A DNA stretch of 64,000 bases from positions 31,062,001 to 31,126,000 of the forward strand of contig OZ024741.1 of NCBI GenBank assembly GCA_964016885.1, given 5' to 3'. A program made the translations under genes and the position numbers. The notes under the pieces were generated by a model. The model made no database searches. It was not told where the DNA came from and saw only the letters and a program-made list of their open reading frames with translations. This document shows positions 26,015 through 40,467 of the stretch, piece by piece (positions within the stretch are counted from its first letter, which is position 1; the number at the start of each line of letters is the position of its first letter). Source of the DNA: Eledone cirrhosa. Lineage: Eukaryota.

Positions 26015-28915
26015 TCTTTATTTGCCACAAGGACGTACAAGAAATGCGACGTTACAAGACGTGACGGCGGGGGTTTTACATAAAAGTTGTGTAAACTTTA
26101 ACATTAATAAGTTAAAATAAACTATATATCAAAATAAAATAACAATCGAAATCCCCGATAAGGGGAAACGTTAGTGTGGGGTTGTTTAACATCCAGTAGA
26201 TAGAACAACCCTCAACACCCGGATCACGTTTTGTAGGTATTCTCCTCTTTCCTATGTTTGTCTTCCTCAACCTACTGCCCTACGACAAGTGCCAGCCACG
26301 TTGCTAACACCTTGGCCAAAATCTTCAACTCTGTGTTGAGCAGAGTTACGGGCCTGAAATTGCTTATGTTATCCCCTTTGATCTCATCTTTCCTGATTAT
26401 CGTTACTACGTTTCTGCTTACAGAACTGGGAATTATCCTATTCTGCTGCCAGTTGCAGTAGACCGCTCGCTTCGAGGACGTTAGAGAACAAGTCTGGCAT
26501 GCCTATTTTAAACTCAGAGGATAGACCATCTAAACCGGGGGATTGGCGTTTCCCACGGCGAACTTGGGCGTCTTCTATTTTGCTCGCTGTGATCCGCCTT
26601 TCGCAGCTCTCTGTATCCGTGTTCGAGAATCGCGGTAGGCCATCGAGGTAGGAATTCTTTTTCTGTCGTGTACTTTTCTAAAGCTTCTTCCTTGCTAAAT
26701 GCTATAGATTCTATTCTAATTGCTCTCTTAAGAGAGCATCACCACCTGTTGTTGATGATGGCCCCCGTTAATTGGAGTTTAACTAAAGTGCTATTTCCGT
26801 TTACTGAAGGCTTTACGCATCGGAAGCGACATGTTTAGCTTCCAGTATCCGGGTCCCTGTTTATGTTTTCTATCAAGGTTGACTATGCAGGTCACTAATG
26901 TGTTGCCTGAATAGGCAACCATGTGCATTTGTGGAGAGCTTAATGTTTCCCTATCGTTTTGTCTAATTAGAAATCTATCTAGAAGACGATCTAGAAGACC
27001 CAGTACGGTTGCTCCACGTCCACAGTGGTGCACTTGGGAAATCTAGTCGATAGCTATCAGCCAGCTGGAGTTGGCTGATAAGATTTGTGAGGCTATTACA
27101 CCCCCCTCTACTATCACATGGACCTACATAGTCCCAACGTGCGTTTAAAATACCATTCTAGTCCCCCACTAAGAGTAAAGAAAGAGCGAGACGTTTCCAG
27201 GAAAGATTCTAGGCGCTTAAAGAACTCCGGCCTTGATGTCCCAGTCGGGTCATAGACGGCCACTAGTCTGAAAGTTCCACTTTCACTACTATTCACGTCT
27301 AATACCCCCAACTTTCCCTCCGAGTCAGAGAAGCTTGTCTGTAGTTTGAGGTTCATGTTTTTCCGAAACAACAACAAAAACAACTCCCTCTCCACCTTCC
27401 GGCTGACAAAGAGATGCATAGATCTTGAAGTCGTTAAGTATGGGGGTTAACGGCTGTTTGTCATGATTCCTGGACTCGGTGACAGCTATCATACCTATAC
27501 TGTGTGACCTGAGGTCATTTAAAAGGTGGCCCTCTTTCCAGGGCATCCCCAAGCCACGCACATTCAGCCATCCTACTTGTGAATTTGCCATGCCGGTTGA
27601 AAAAGAGTCGGGACAAAAAAAAGGAACATTTATCTTTTTTGTTTTCTGGAGGTCGGGTTGCTCCATCTCCATGTCCAGATTGGGGGTGCTTGGAGAGGGA
27701 GGGAATCCTTTTAGTAAGACACGGTTAAGGGTTTTTGACAGTGGCTCCCTCACATCATGTGGGAGTTGTGTCTCATGGTTTCGTATTGCAGAGTTGTGAC
27801 CCTGATTAGTTTGAGGTTTGTGGGTGGGTCATTGTTTGAGAAAGTTTTCCCTTCTGTTTGGATGGTGGGGTTCTTTCGGACAGTTTCTTCTATTTCTTTG
27901 TTCGTGGTTCTTATGTATGTGAGTGTGGTTTGCTTTTCATGTGTGCTGTTTCTGTTTTCTTTTTGTGGTATGGGTGTTTGGTTGTGGTGGTGGTGATTTG
28001 TGTTGTCGTTGTGGTTGTCGTTCGTGGTGGTGTGCATATGTCGGTGTTGGGGGTGTGCCTGTTTACTGTTGGTGTTTCTTTTTTTTTTTTTTTTTTTCTG
28101 TGTCATTTGTTTCTTGGATTTTTTGGGGTCCCTCTTCCTCCTCCCGTGTCTGAGACCTCTGAATAGGGAGTAGATGGGAGGGGTATGTTGTGTGGTGAAT
28201 GTTTGTGCAAGTGTTTGAGGTAGTATTTTACAGAGAGGGAGGAGGCAAGGGAGGGTTTTTCAGTAGGGTTTTGTGTGTATTTTTATCTCTGGTCTGTGGT
28301 CGTGTCGGAATGGATGTTGCGTGTTTTTGTATTATTGTGTTTGGTTTCGGGTGTTGACGTTGGGGTTTCCGTGCTTACAGTAGCCTTTCATTTGTTCCTG
28401 GTTTGATTAGGAGAGGGCAAAAGGCCTTTAAGTGTGTGGCTTTTACACATTTATGGCACTGAGGCCTTTTCCCCTCCACTTAAACGGAGATGACATCTTC
28501 CCCAATGGCGATCCTGTCCGGGATTTTCCGAACTCTCTCTGGCCTCATTTGTACCAGAACCTAGATGCTGGTTCCAAACCAATTATTCCGGTCTGTCCTG
28601 TCTACAGATAGGAGGGTGTCATCACCTTTCTTCAGGATGCAGCGAAAGATCCACCATATGTTGACCTCAGATGGTTCTTCTTCCCATGTATGTAGGGAAG
28701 AAGATGTGTTGACCGGTTTTCATTGAGTTAACCGAGTGCTATTAAGCCAGGGTTTCACTCTTAAAGAGCACTGATATCCTCCCATATTGTTTGGCTCTGC
28801 GAAGGTCTGCCATGTCTGGAATGATGTTTTTCAACGCCGCCTCAATTGTATTTGTTGGAAGTGCCAGCCATTTATTTTTCTATTTATATCAACTGTTCTG
28901 TCATCTTTCGTATTC
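26015..28915 (-). mobile_element. Tx1/L1-clade LINE copy A (degenerate, internally deleted)
   Basis: ORF1 CCHC (CHKCVKATHLKAFC ~28415-28460); APE start MANSQVGWLNVRGL; GPGYWKLN; RT N-terminus joined directly to the 3' UTR; AATAAA then (TCTA)n. Confidence 0.85.
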
Positions 28916-29011
28916 GTTTGGGTATGAGATAGAAAGATATATAGATAGACAAACAGATAGATAGATAGATAGATAGAAATATATATATAGAGAGATATAG
29001 AGTGATAGATA

Positions 29012-30995
29012 ACTTTCTATTTATTTGCCACCAGGGCATCAAAGATTGGGACAAATACAAGGGGGAGGGGAGTTTACATACATTTCAAAGGACGTGTAAA
29101 AACATATAACAAATAACAAATCAAATTCAACAATCACACCCCCGAAAAAAGTGTGCAACCCTCCTCCCCAGGAGCACAAAGAGCGGGTGCTCCCTTCCTC
29201 TCCTCTCTCTCACCTACAGGCTGATATAGAGAGAAGGCCCATTCACTCGGGCCATTCTCGCCACTTTCACCCACCTTTCATAAAACTTGCTGGCGTAGAG
29301 CACCTCTCTCTCCATTCTGATCCTTCTTCTAAAATGGTACTTGAAAAAAAGGACCAGTTGTTGGCCGGAGAGAAAGGTGTCTGAACTTAGCCCTTTCAAC
29401 CTCGTCCACCATACAACCTCTTACGCCATAGCTATCACACAGAGGAAAACCGCCTCTGCTTCGTTTTTGAAAGGGGGAGGTGGTTTGATCGTGACAATGT
29501 ACTCGGTGGTCAACCGGATTGGTCCCACCCGCGACAGTAGTCGTTCCACATAGCCCCACAGGTCAGCAACGCTCGGGAAGTGTACGAATGCGTGCGCGAC
29601 GGTTTCCTCGTCACGTACGCATCTCGGACCGATCTTCTTCGAGGGCGCCCGTGTCTGTAGAGCTTGTCCCGAACGGGTAGAGCTCCTCGGTTGCACTGCC
29701 AAGCCAGGGACTTTTGGAAGTTGTCCGTCGGTCCCGGGCCAAACGTCCTACCGAACAGACTGGCTAGCTCGTCTTCCTCAATGCCCAGAGCCTCTCCGAG
29801 AGCGTCGTCGCATTTGCTGCGCACCAATCCTCTATAGAATGTCGAGGTTGAGTCTCCACTGATTGCTGGATCCGCTTGCCAGAGGGCCGTGAGCGCCTGG
29901 GCACATTCAATGTGCCAGTCGCCAACTTTTCTCGGTCTTTGCTTGACCCAGGATTGCAGCTCCGTGAGTGAGACGAGTGTCGGAAAGGCTCGCCTCACAA
30001 AACGGGCCCACACCTACTAACCAGTGAGGAATACCTGGAGGTGCCGTAGCCTTAATGTGTGTCTACGCATCGTCAGCCACGGCAATCCCAGCCTTCCGTT
30101 CGAAGGGTGTTGACAGCAGATGGATCTTCTCACCAAAGGGTCCCCCTTCTTCCAAAGGAATCGGAAGAGCGCGCGCTCCATTTTGGCGAGCGTTTTCGCT
30201 GGGCAAGGCACGACGGTCAAGCGTTAGTAGATGACAGACGCTATATAAGTGTTCGCCACCTCCGCTCGACCTTTCAGGGATAGCTTGCACTCAATTTCAG
30301 CTCAATTTGATTTTGTGATAATTGAGCTGGTTTTCTAGTTGCGTTTGATATTGTCCTGAAAACCACAGTTTTCAGGACAGTCTCTCTACGTAATACCTGG
30401 GGAGAATTGATGCTAAAATCACCGTTTTGTCCAAAAGTTACATATAGTTTTGCATCTTGGAGTAGCTGTTTTGCGTAAGTGATGTCAATTGGAGTGTATA
30501 GTTCTGTTTATTTTTACAGTTTGTGCGAACGATGTTTTGGTGTTGTGGTCTTTCTTGTTGCTTTTGTTGTCACTGTTGTTGATGTTGTTCATATTTTCCT
30601 TGATGTTGGTGTTATTATTGTTGCAGTTGTTGATTGCGGTGTTATTGTCATTGTTCTTGTTGTTGGTGCTGATATTATTTACCGGGTTTGGTTCCGTGGT
30701 TGCAATATTTATAATGTTTTTCGATAAGACGAGGGGGGGAGGGAGGCTGCAAGCTTTGTACTCCTACCTTCCCTCGACCACTTTTCTTAGTGGGCGTGGC
30801 ACTCACTACAGTGTGAGAGGTTGAAATGGCATCCATTACTAACTAACAAGTCTACACAAATTTTTCAGATGAAAATTTCGCCCCAAAAAGGGTTAAACTA
30901 AACAATAATAACAAATTCAACAATAAACTCACAGTTTTTTGTACAATAATCCGTAAAAAATCCGGAGCGAAGTAATACGCGTCTACCAATCACGA
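29012..30995 (-). mobile_element. Tx1/L1-clade LINE copy B (ORF2 3' end 29012-30290 fused to a 5'/ORF1-like segment)
   Basis: 29214-30290 is closely homologous to the C-terminus of copy D ORF2; bounded by (GATA)n on both sides. Confidence 0.8.
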
Positions 30996-31015
30996 AGATA
31001 GATAGATAGATAGAT

Positions 31016-34000
31016 ATCTTTTTTATATGCCACAGAGGCGTACAAAAATAGGACATTACAAGTCGTGACGGAGGGGGTTGTACATAAAATCTTTAACAAT
31101 GATAAATTACAATAAACTATATAAAAATAAAAATATTGAAATCCCCATTGGGAGGGGGGCGGGTAACGCTACTGCGGGGTTGTTTTAAACCCCGTGGATA
31201 GAACAACCCTCAACACCAGGAACACGTTTTGTAGGTGTTCCTGTCTTCCCTCCGTTTATCTTCCTCAACCTACAGGTTTATATACAGAGAAGGCCCATTT
31301 ACTCGAGCCATTTTCGGCACATTCCCCCATCTTTCAGCGAATTTACTGGGGTGTAGCACCTCTCTCTCTCTCCCTCTCCACTCTCACCTTCCTCTGAAGT
31401 GGTACTTCAGTTGTTGTCCGGAGAGAAAGGTGTTTGCCCTCAGTCCTTTTAATCTCGTCCACCATATTATCTCTTTCGCCATAGCCATCAGACAGAGGAA
31501 AACCGCCTCTCTTTCATTCTTAAATGAAGGCGGTGGGGTGATCCTCACGATGGACTCGGCTGACAACTGGATGCGTCCCACACGTGACAGTAGCTGTTCG
31601 ACATAATTCCACAGGTCGGTCACCTCTGGGCACTGAACAATTGCGTGCAGAACGGTTTCGATGTCCTGCTCACATCCTGGACGGGTACTTTTGGCAGGAT
31701 CTCTGCCAGGGTGTCCCCACCTGTATATTTTGTCCCGAACTGGTAGACCTCCTCGGTAGCACTGCCAGGGCAGAGATCTCTGGAAGTTATCCATAAGCTC
31801 TGGACGGAAAGTCCTCCCGAGTAGACTGGTGAGTTCGTCCTCCTCGATGCCTGGCGTTTCCCCGAAAACGTGGTCGCACTTATCCTCCACTAATCCCCTA
31901 TAGAATGTCGAAGTGGAGTCTGCGCTGATTGCCGTTTGCGCTTGGTAGAGGGCTGTTAGCGCCTTGACCCAGGACTGCAGCTCTGTTAGTGAGACGAGTT
32001 GTGGAAGAGCTTGTCTCACAAATGACAGCCACACCGGTTCACCAGTCAGGAATAGCTGGAGATGACGTAGCCTTAGCGCGTGTTTGCGCATCATCAGCCA
32101 CAGCATGCCCAGCCCTCCGTTAGAAAGGTGTTGACAGCAGATGGATCTCCTCACCAATGGAGCCTGTTTCTTCCAGAGGAACTTGAAGAGTAGGCGTTCT
32201 ATTTTGGTGAGGTATTAGCGGGGACAAGTTACGACTGTGAAGCGGCAGTAAATGACGGACGCTATGTAAGTGTTCGCCACTTCCGCTCGACCTTTCAAGG
32301 AGAGTTTGCTCTCAACCTACTTCTAGGTGAGTGCAAACACCGTCGCCATGACCTCGTTCCAGTTCTTGTCCACCTGGGGGTCGGGACCAAACCAGACCCC
32401 GAACAATTTCACCGGTCCTTCCGTCCAGCATCCAACGACACTGTCGGAAGGCATGGGTTTGCCTCCCCATGTGCCGAGTGGCAAACCGATAGACTTGTTT
32501 GGATTTAGTCTTGCTCCTGTCAACATTTCGTATTCCTGTAATAGGTTACCGATTACCCCTGTTTCCGAGGCTTTCGACACCATTACGGTTATGTCGTCGG
32601 CATAGGCCGACGCTGCTTTCCGCAGTCCTGGTTTGATCGGGATGCCCTGCAACAGCTCCAACTTCCGCAGCAGTGGCTCGAGAGTCAGTACATACAGAGT
32701 GGAGGAGAGAGCGTATCCCTGACGGATGGAATGTATGATTTGGAAGGGCTCCGATAGGTAGCCATTCACCTTGACTGCCGAGAAAATGCTGGTGTGAATG
32801 GAAGCGATCCAGCCTCTGAAGGCGGGACCGAAGCCGGCCGCTTTGAGAACCGCTTCCAAGTATTGATGGTCGACCCTATCAAATGCCTTAGACTGATCTA
32901 AATTGATCAGGGCCCCACCGAAGCCAGGTTTACACGCTACCCTCTCCATCATGTATCGCATGAGGTGGAGGTTGTCGTGTATGGACCTGGTCGGGATTGC
33001 ACACGTTTTCGCTTCCCTTACCAGGTTCTCGACGACAAGCGCCAGCCTCGCTGCTAACACCTTGGCCAAAATCTTTAACTCTGTGATGAACAGAGTTATG
33101 GGCCTGAAATTGCTTATCCCACCCCACTTGTTCTCATCTTTCCTGATCAGCGTTACGACGCCTCTGCCTACAGAACTGGGAATCCTCCCGTTCTGCTGCC
33201 AGTTACTGTAGACCGCTTCAAGGACGGCAGAGAATAAGTCTGGCATACCTATGTAAAATTCATAGGGAGACCATCTAAACCGGGTGATTTGCCTCTTCTA
33301 CTTTAGCTACCAGTTCCTTTTTGGTTTTGCTTTTTTTCTAAATGCTATCGATTCTATTCTAATTGCTCTCTTGAGAGAGCTCCACCAGTTGTTGATGATG
33401 GGCCCCATCAACTGGCACTTAACTAAGGTTCTAATCCGTTTACTGTAGACCTTACGCACCGGAAGCGACATGTTTAACTTCCAGTATACGGGTCCCTGTC
33501 TATGTGTTATATCAAGGTTGACTACGCAGGTGACTAATTTTTGGTCTGAATAGGCAACCATGTGTATTTATGGACAGCTTAAGGTTTCCTTATCATTCTG
33601 TCTAATTAAAAATCTATCTAGATACGATCTAGAAGACCCAGTGCGGTTGCTCCACGTCCACAGTGGTACACTTGGGAAGTCTAGTCGATATCTATCAGCC
33701 AGTTGGAGTTGGCTGGTGAGATTGTTTAGGTTATTACACTCGCTTCTATTCTCAGAAGCTCCTACATAGTCCCAAGGTGCATCTAAGATGCCATTCCAGT
33801 CCCCCGCTAACACTAAGGAGCGAGACGTTCCCAGGAATGGCTCCACACGAATTGAAGAACTCTGGTCGCGATGTCCCAGTCGGGGTATATACGGCCACCA
33901 GTCTGAAAGCTCCACCTTCACTACCATTTACATTGAGGACCTCCAAGCTGCCCTCTGGGTCCAAGTGAATCGTCTGTGCTTTGAGATCCAAGTTTTTTCG

Positions 34001-36278
34001 AAACAGAACAGCAACTACCCCTCCACCTCTTCGCTGACAGGGAGATGCGTAGATCTCAAAGTCATCGAACATGGGGGTTAGTTGCTGCTTGTCGTGAATA
34101 CTGGACTCGGTGATGGCTATCACATCTATACAATGTGACCTGAGATCATTTAAAAGCTGGCCCTGTTTCCAGGTCATGCACAGGCCACGTACATTCAAAC
34201 AACTAACTTGTATAGTCGCCATGTTGGTGATGAAGCGTGAGGTAGAGAAAAGGCAGGAACACTTACCTTTTCGTTTTCTGGATGTCGGGTTGTTCGATCT
34301 CCATGTCCAGATTGAGGTTGTTGTTGTTGGGGGAGGGGGATCTTTTTAGCAGGACACGGTTAAGGTGTTTTTTGGCAAGGGGGGCCCACGTCATGTGGGA
34401 AGTTCCTTTTTAAAGTTTCGTACTGTAGGGTTGTTACCCTGATAAGTTTGATGTTTGGGGGTGGGTCGTTCGTGGGGAAGGTTTTCTCTTCCATTTGTTC
34501 TTTGTTTCTTGTTTTTATGTATGTGTAATCTTTTGTTTTTTATGTATACTGTTTCTGTTTGTAGTTTTCTTTTTGTGGTTGGGGTTTGTGATTGTGGTGG
34601 TGTGGGTGTTTGTTTTGTTGGTGAGGTGTTTGGTTGTGGCGGTATATTTATGTCAGTGTTGGGTGTGTGCGTGTTTTTAGTTGATGTTTTTGTTGTAATT
34701 TTTTTTTTTTTTTACTTCTTGGATTTTGGGTGTTCCTCTTCATCCTCAATTGGAGAGTAGAGTTTTCCGTGTCTGGGGTGCTATCATTGTGGGTAGGTGG
34801 GAGGGGTATGTAGTGTTTTAGTGGAGTGTTTGTGGGACTGTTGGATAGAGGGCAAAGGGGTGGGACAGAGTCTTTCAGGGGAATTTAATTTTTGGTGTGG
34901 TGTCTTTTGTGGTTTGTGATGGTTGGGTGAATGTTGATGGTTTAGGGGTTGTGTTATTTGTTTTCGGATGTGTCTATTGTAGTTTTGGGGTTGGCAACAA
35001 CATCTTCTTTTATTTTTCCACATCCAGCATTGGGCAAAATGCTTTTAAGTGTGTGTTTTTTCCACATTTGAAACATTGTGGGTTTTTTTCCTCCACTACG
35101 ATGTGGATAACATGGTTATCATCCACAGGCACCCTTTCCGGTATTTTTTCGATCCTCTACGGTTTCATTTGAACCAAAAGTTCCATTGAGGTCCCGTTCC
35201 AGTTCTGTCGGATTGATTTTTTTACAGAGAGGAGGTTGTCTTCATCCTCCTCCAAAAAACCACCCAGAATCCACCAAATGTTGGTGTTTTGGGATCTGGG
35301 AGATCCTTATCGTATGGGTTCTTCTTCCCATGTATATTGGGAAGAATATGTGTTGGCTCGTTCTAATTGGAGCCACCGAATATTTCTGGGCGAGGGCCTC
35401 GCTTTTAAAGAGCCCCGAGATGTTCCCGTACTGCTTGGCCCTCTGGAGGTAAACAATGTCTGGCATTGCCTCGTTTAGCGCGGTTTCCACTGTGCTATTG
35501 CTTAAAGCCATTGGTTTCTTGGTTTGTGATCAGAACGTCCGGAAGAAAATTGTTTTTCTTAAGGTCGCGGCCCTATTTTCCGGTGTGGTACTTATTCGAA
35601 AGCCGTTACCTTCGAAAGTTATATGTTGCGCAGCTTCCTTTAGGTGCTGCGCTGGTTTGACAGATCTATTTCTATAAAATATGTCTCTTGAGTAAGGCCT
35701 TATGCAAACGTTTTTTTTTTTTTTTTGTGTATTTGGTTGTTTTCCCTTGTGCTGAAGTTGTTGTTTTTGTTGTTCTTGTTATTGTTTTGTCTTCGTTGTT
35801 GTTGGTGTTGTTTTTGTTCATAGCATTGTTGTTGTTGTTGCTGGTGGTGCCGGTTGTGTTGTTTATGTTCATTGTTTCACACTATTGTATTTGATTTGTT
35901 TCCATGGCAACGTCAAGTTGGTCGTCAGCAGGTAAAGAAAATCCTTCCTCTGTCTGACCTTTTTCTGAGACATCTGCTACTATGACAGTGGAAGGGGGAA
36001 GCTGTAAGTATATCTTCCCTTTCCTCCTTCGAACGTTGGTGAAGAAGCTGTTGCTTCAGTCATTTTTTTTAAAACGTTATTTTTTCGAAAAAAATTTTTT
36101 TTTTCATGAACGATTTCGCCTAAAGGCGTAGAATATTTTGAGAGACTAACCAGATCAAAATTTGACCTGGCAGTCCCTCTACAAATTGGTATAAAAATGA
36201 AGGCTCACAGTCACGAATTTCTATAGAAATTTAAGCAGAAGTTACCCAGCAAGTTTCACACGTCTGTCCAGCCCAGAA
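31016..36278 (-). mobile_element. Tx1/L1-clade LINE copy C (near full length, frameshifted)
   Basis: ORF1 CCHC (CFKCGKNTHLKAFC ~35030-35080); APE (CLNVRGL, GDWN, SYLDRF); RT (FRPITL, DQSKAFDRV, RQG, YADD); C-terminal zinc-knuckle remnant. Confidence 0.9.
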
Positions 36279-36330
36279 GGTAGATAGACAGATAGATAGA
36301 CAGATAGATAGATAGATAGATAGATAGATA

Positions 36331-39300
36331 TGTTTCTTTTATTTGCCACCAGGGCATCAAAAGTGGGACAAGTACAATGGGGGAGTTTACAAAACAAGGC
36401 GTCCTCAATAGGGAGGAGGCAATAACAATATATAAACAAAATAAAATATATAAAAAAAATAGAATTATAACAAAATCCTCAATAGAGGATTTTGTTATAA
36501 AATATAACAAAAAATAAAATTTATAACAAAATCCTCAATAGAGAGGAGGCGCCTTGGGGGGTCGCACACACCCCCGAAAAAAGTGTGCAACCCTTTTCCT
36601 CGGGAGCACAAAGAGGGGGTGCTCCCTCGTTCCTTCCTCTTTTCCACCTACAGGCTTATGTAAAGAGAAGGCGCATTCACACGGGCCATTCTCGCCACTT
36701 TCACCCACCTTTCATAAAAACGACTGGGGTGGAGCACCTCTCTCTCCATCCTGATCCTTCTTCCGAAATGATATCGGAAGAAACGGACCAGTTGTTGGCC
36801 AGAGAGAAAGGTGCCTGACCTCAGTCCTTTCAGACGCGTCCACCATACAACTTCTTTCACCATGGCTATTACGCACAGAAACACCACCTCTCCTTCATCT
36901 TTGAAGGGGGGAGGCGGCTTGATTATTACAATAGACTCGGTGGTCAACCGGATCGGTCCCACCCTTGACAGCAGTTGTTCGACATAGCCCCACAGATCGG
37001 CTACGCCCGAGCAGTGTACCAATGCGTGTGCAACGGTTTCCTCGTCGCACACGCATCTGGGACAGATCTTTTTGGCGGGGTCCCTACCCGGGCGCCCGTG
37101 TCTGTAGAGCTTTTCTCGAACGGGTAGAGCCCCTCGGTAGCACTGCCAGGCCAGGGACTTCTGGAAGTTGTCCATAGGTCCTGGGCTGAATGTCCTACCG
37201 AACAGGCTGGCCAGTTCGTCCTCCTCCATGTCTAGGGCTTCTCCGAGGGCGTCGTCGCACCTGCTGCGTACCAGCCCTCTATAGAATGTTGCGGTGGAGT
37301 CGCCACTGATAACCGGATCCGCCTGCCAGAGGGCGGTGAGCGCCTGGGCACACTCAGTGTGCCAGGCGCCCAGTTTTCTCGGTCTTTGCTTGACCCAGGA
37401 TTGCAGCTCGGTGAGTGAGACGAGTCTGGGAAAGGTTCGTCTCACAAACGAGGCCCACACCGGTTGACCGGTGAGGAATACGTAGAGGTGCCGTAGCCTT
37501 AATGCGTGTTTACGCATCATTAGCCACGGCATCCCCAGCCCTCCTTTCGAAGGGTGTTGACAGCAGATGGATCTCCTCACCATAGGAGCCCGTCTCTTCC
37601 AAAGGAATTGGAAGAGCGCGCGCTCCATCTTGGTGAGGGTTTCCCTTGGGCAGGGCACTACGGTCAGGCGATAGTAGATGACGGACGCTATATAGGTGTT
37701 CGCCACCTCCGCCCGACCTTTCAGGGATAGTTTGCAACTGGCCCACTTCTGGGTCAGTGCAAACACCCTGTTTGTAACCTCCGCCCAGTTTTTCTCCACC
37801 TGGAGGTCCGGTCCGAACCAGACCCCGAGCAACTTCACCGGGCCCTCCGTCCAGCGTCCGACGACGCCATCGGAGGGCATCGGTCTGCCCCTCCACGTGC
37901 CGAGTTGCAAACCGATCGACTTGTCCCGGTTCAGCTTAGCCCCTGTGAACCTTTCGTACTCCTCCAGTAAGGTGCCGACCGCCTCGATTTCGGAGGCCGT
38001 CGACACCATTACTGTCACGTCATCGGCGTAGGCCGACACCGCTTTCCGCAATCCCGGTTCCAACGGGATGCCCTGCAACAACTCCAACTTCCGCAGTAGT
38101 GGCTCGAGAGTCAACATATACAGAAGGGAGGAGAGAGGGCACCCTTGTCGGATGGACCGCGCGATTTTGAACGGCTCCGAGAGGTAGCCGTTCACCTTGA
38201 CCCTAGAGCAGATGCGGCTGCTGTGCATAGCAGTGATCCAGCCCCTGAAAACGGGTCCGAAGCCTGCCGCCGCTAGCACCGCATCCAGGTAACCATGGTC
38301 GACCCTATCGAACGCCTTAGATTGATCCAAGTTTATCAGAGCCCCACCAAAGCCGGGTTGGTTCCCAACCCTCTCTATGATGTATCGCATGAGGTGGAGC
38401 TTGTCATGGATGGACCTGGACGGGATAGCGCATGTCCACCAGGTTACTCACGACAAGCGCCAACCTCTTTGCTAGCACCTTGGCCAAAATCTGTAACTCT
38501 GTATTTAGCAGAGTTATGGGCCTGAAGTTACTTATTTCGTCCCCCTTGTTCTCGTCCTTCCTCACTAGCGTGACTACGCCCTTGGTCACAGTACAGGGAA
38601 TTCTCCCGTTCTGTTGCCAGTTGCAGTAGACCGCCTCGAGGAGATCGGGGAACAAGTCCGGCATAGCTAGATATAATTCGTAAGGAAGACCATCGAGACC
38701 CGGGGATTTGCGTTTGCCGCATTGGCCCAGCACGTCCTCTATCTCAGCGGCCGAAATCGGCTCCTCGCAGGACTTCGCCTCCCTGTCCGAGAGACGCGGC
38801 AGGCCGTCGAGGTATGGACCGAAGTCCACATTCCCAACCGGTCCCCCGCCCCTCCCGAACACTCGGTAAAAGTGCCTTTGAAAGGCCTCACACATCTGCT
38901 TAGGCTCAAGAATCGCCCGTCCATCCAGGTCTCGCAAAGACCGGATAGTGGATTTAGTTCCACTGTTGGCCTCTGTCACGCGGGCCCAGCTAACAGCTTT
39001 GGTCCCCTCGTTCCCTAGAGCACGTATTTTACTTCGGACAACGCAGCCTTCGTGCTTCGCGTCGAAAAACTGGCTCAAAGCCGTTCTCGACGCTAGCACT
39101 CTGGCCACGTCGCCGCTTCTAATTGCCTCTTCTACTCTATCTATTAGCACCCTTTCCTTCCTATTCCTATCCGCAGCTAGAACCTTACTAAATTCTATCG
39201 AGACTACTCTAATCTCTCTCTTTAGAGATACCCACCACCTGCTGTTGACGATCGCTCCAGTCAATCGTTCCTTAACTAACGTACTAATCCGATCCCTGTA

Positions 39301-40467
39301 GGCTCTACTTGCCGGCAAGGACAAGTTGAGCTTCCAGTAACCGGGGCCCTGTCTATGCGTTCTATCAAGGTTGACCATGCAGGTCACCAACTTGTGGTCT
39401 GAATAGCCAACCATGAGCATTTCTGGACAACTTAAAAAGTCCCTGTCCTTATTTCTAACTAAAAATCTATCTAGGTACGACCTAGATGATCCGCTGCGAT
39501 TTGACCAAGACCAGGTTGGCACCGTCGGAAAATCTAGTCGAAATCTATCGGCCAGGTCAAATCGGCCGAGTAACCCCTTGAGGCTGTTGCACCCCTCTCT
39601 ATCGGGACATGCCCCTGCATAGTCCCAACGTGCATCCAGGATACCATTCCAATCCCCCACTAAAAGCAGGGAATGGGACGTCCCTAGAAAAGACTCCAGA
39701 CGCTGGAAAAAGTCGGGCCGCTCTGTCCCAAAAGGGGCATATGCGGCTACCAGTCTAAAGGCTCCACCTTCACCACTGCCAAGGTCCTGCACCACCAGTC
39801 GACCCCCTGGGTCCAAGTGAACTATCTGTGTTGCAAGGCCCATATGTTTTTGCAGCAGAACGACAACCCCACCCCCACCTCCGGGCTGACAGAGAGATGC
39901 GTGCATCTCAAAGTCGTCAAAGGTGGGGGCTAGCTGTCGCATGCTGCTGATCCGGGCCTCGCAGATAACCATCACATTTATAGATTGTGACCTGAGGTCA
40001 TTTAGAAGCATTGCTTGCTTCCAAGACGAGCCCAGGCCACGCGCATTTAGACACCCTACTCTTAGCACAGCCATGTTGGTGGTAAAGAGAAAAGGCACTT
40101 ACCTCTCTGCGTCCCGGGAAACGGGCCGCTCAATTTCCATGCTGGTTGGGGATGGGTTGTTGGGTGGGGTGGTGGTTTGTGGAAGTGAAGGGGCATCGGT
40201 GTGTTGTGGGGTTGGGGTGTTTGTGGTTGAGTGGGTGTCTGGGTGGGGTGGGGGTGGGGGTGGGGTGAATTTTTTTAGGAGGACGCGGTTGATTGGTTTG
40301 GCGCGGGGGGGGGGGGGGCACGTCCTACGTGAAATTTATTTTCAGTGTTTTGTACAAGTGCATTGGGACTTTTATCATTTTTAAATGAGGTAGTCCCACA
40401 GCAGTTATAAAGTTAGGCCCTTCAGTTTGGACCGAAGGGTTTGCTGAAATTGTTTTCCGTAATTCTT
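36331..40467 (-). mobile_element. Tx1/L1-clade LINE copy D (5'-truncated in ORF1, ORF2 nearly intact)
   Basis: ORF2 in two long frames; (GATA)n at both ends (36281-36330, 40469-40483). Confidence 0.93.
36648..40074 (-). pseudogene. LINE ORF2: APE endonuclease + reverse transcriptase + CCHC, single frameshift at ~38435
   Basis: MAVLRVGCLNARGL, GDWN, SYLDRF, SDHK, GPGYWKLN, KSPGLDG, NFRPITLLN / LDQSKAFDRV, RQGCPLS, YADD, CPRC..ETVAHALVHC. Confidence 0.93.
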
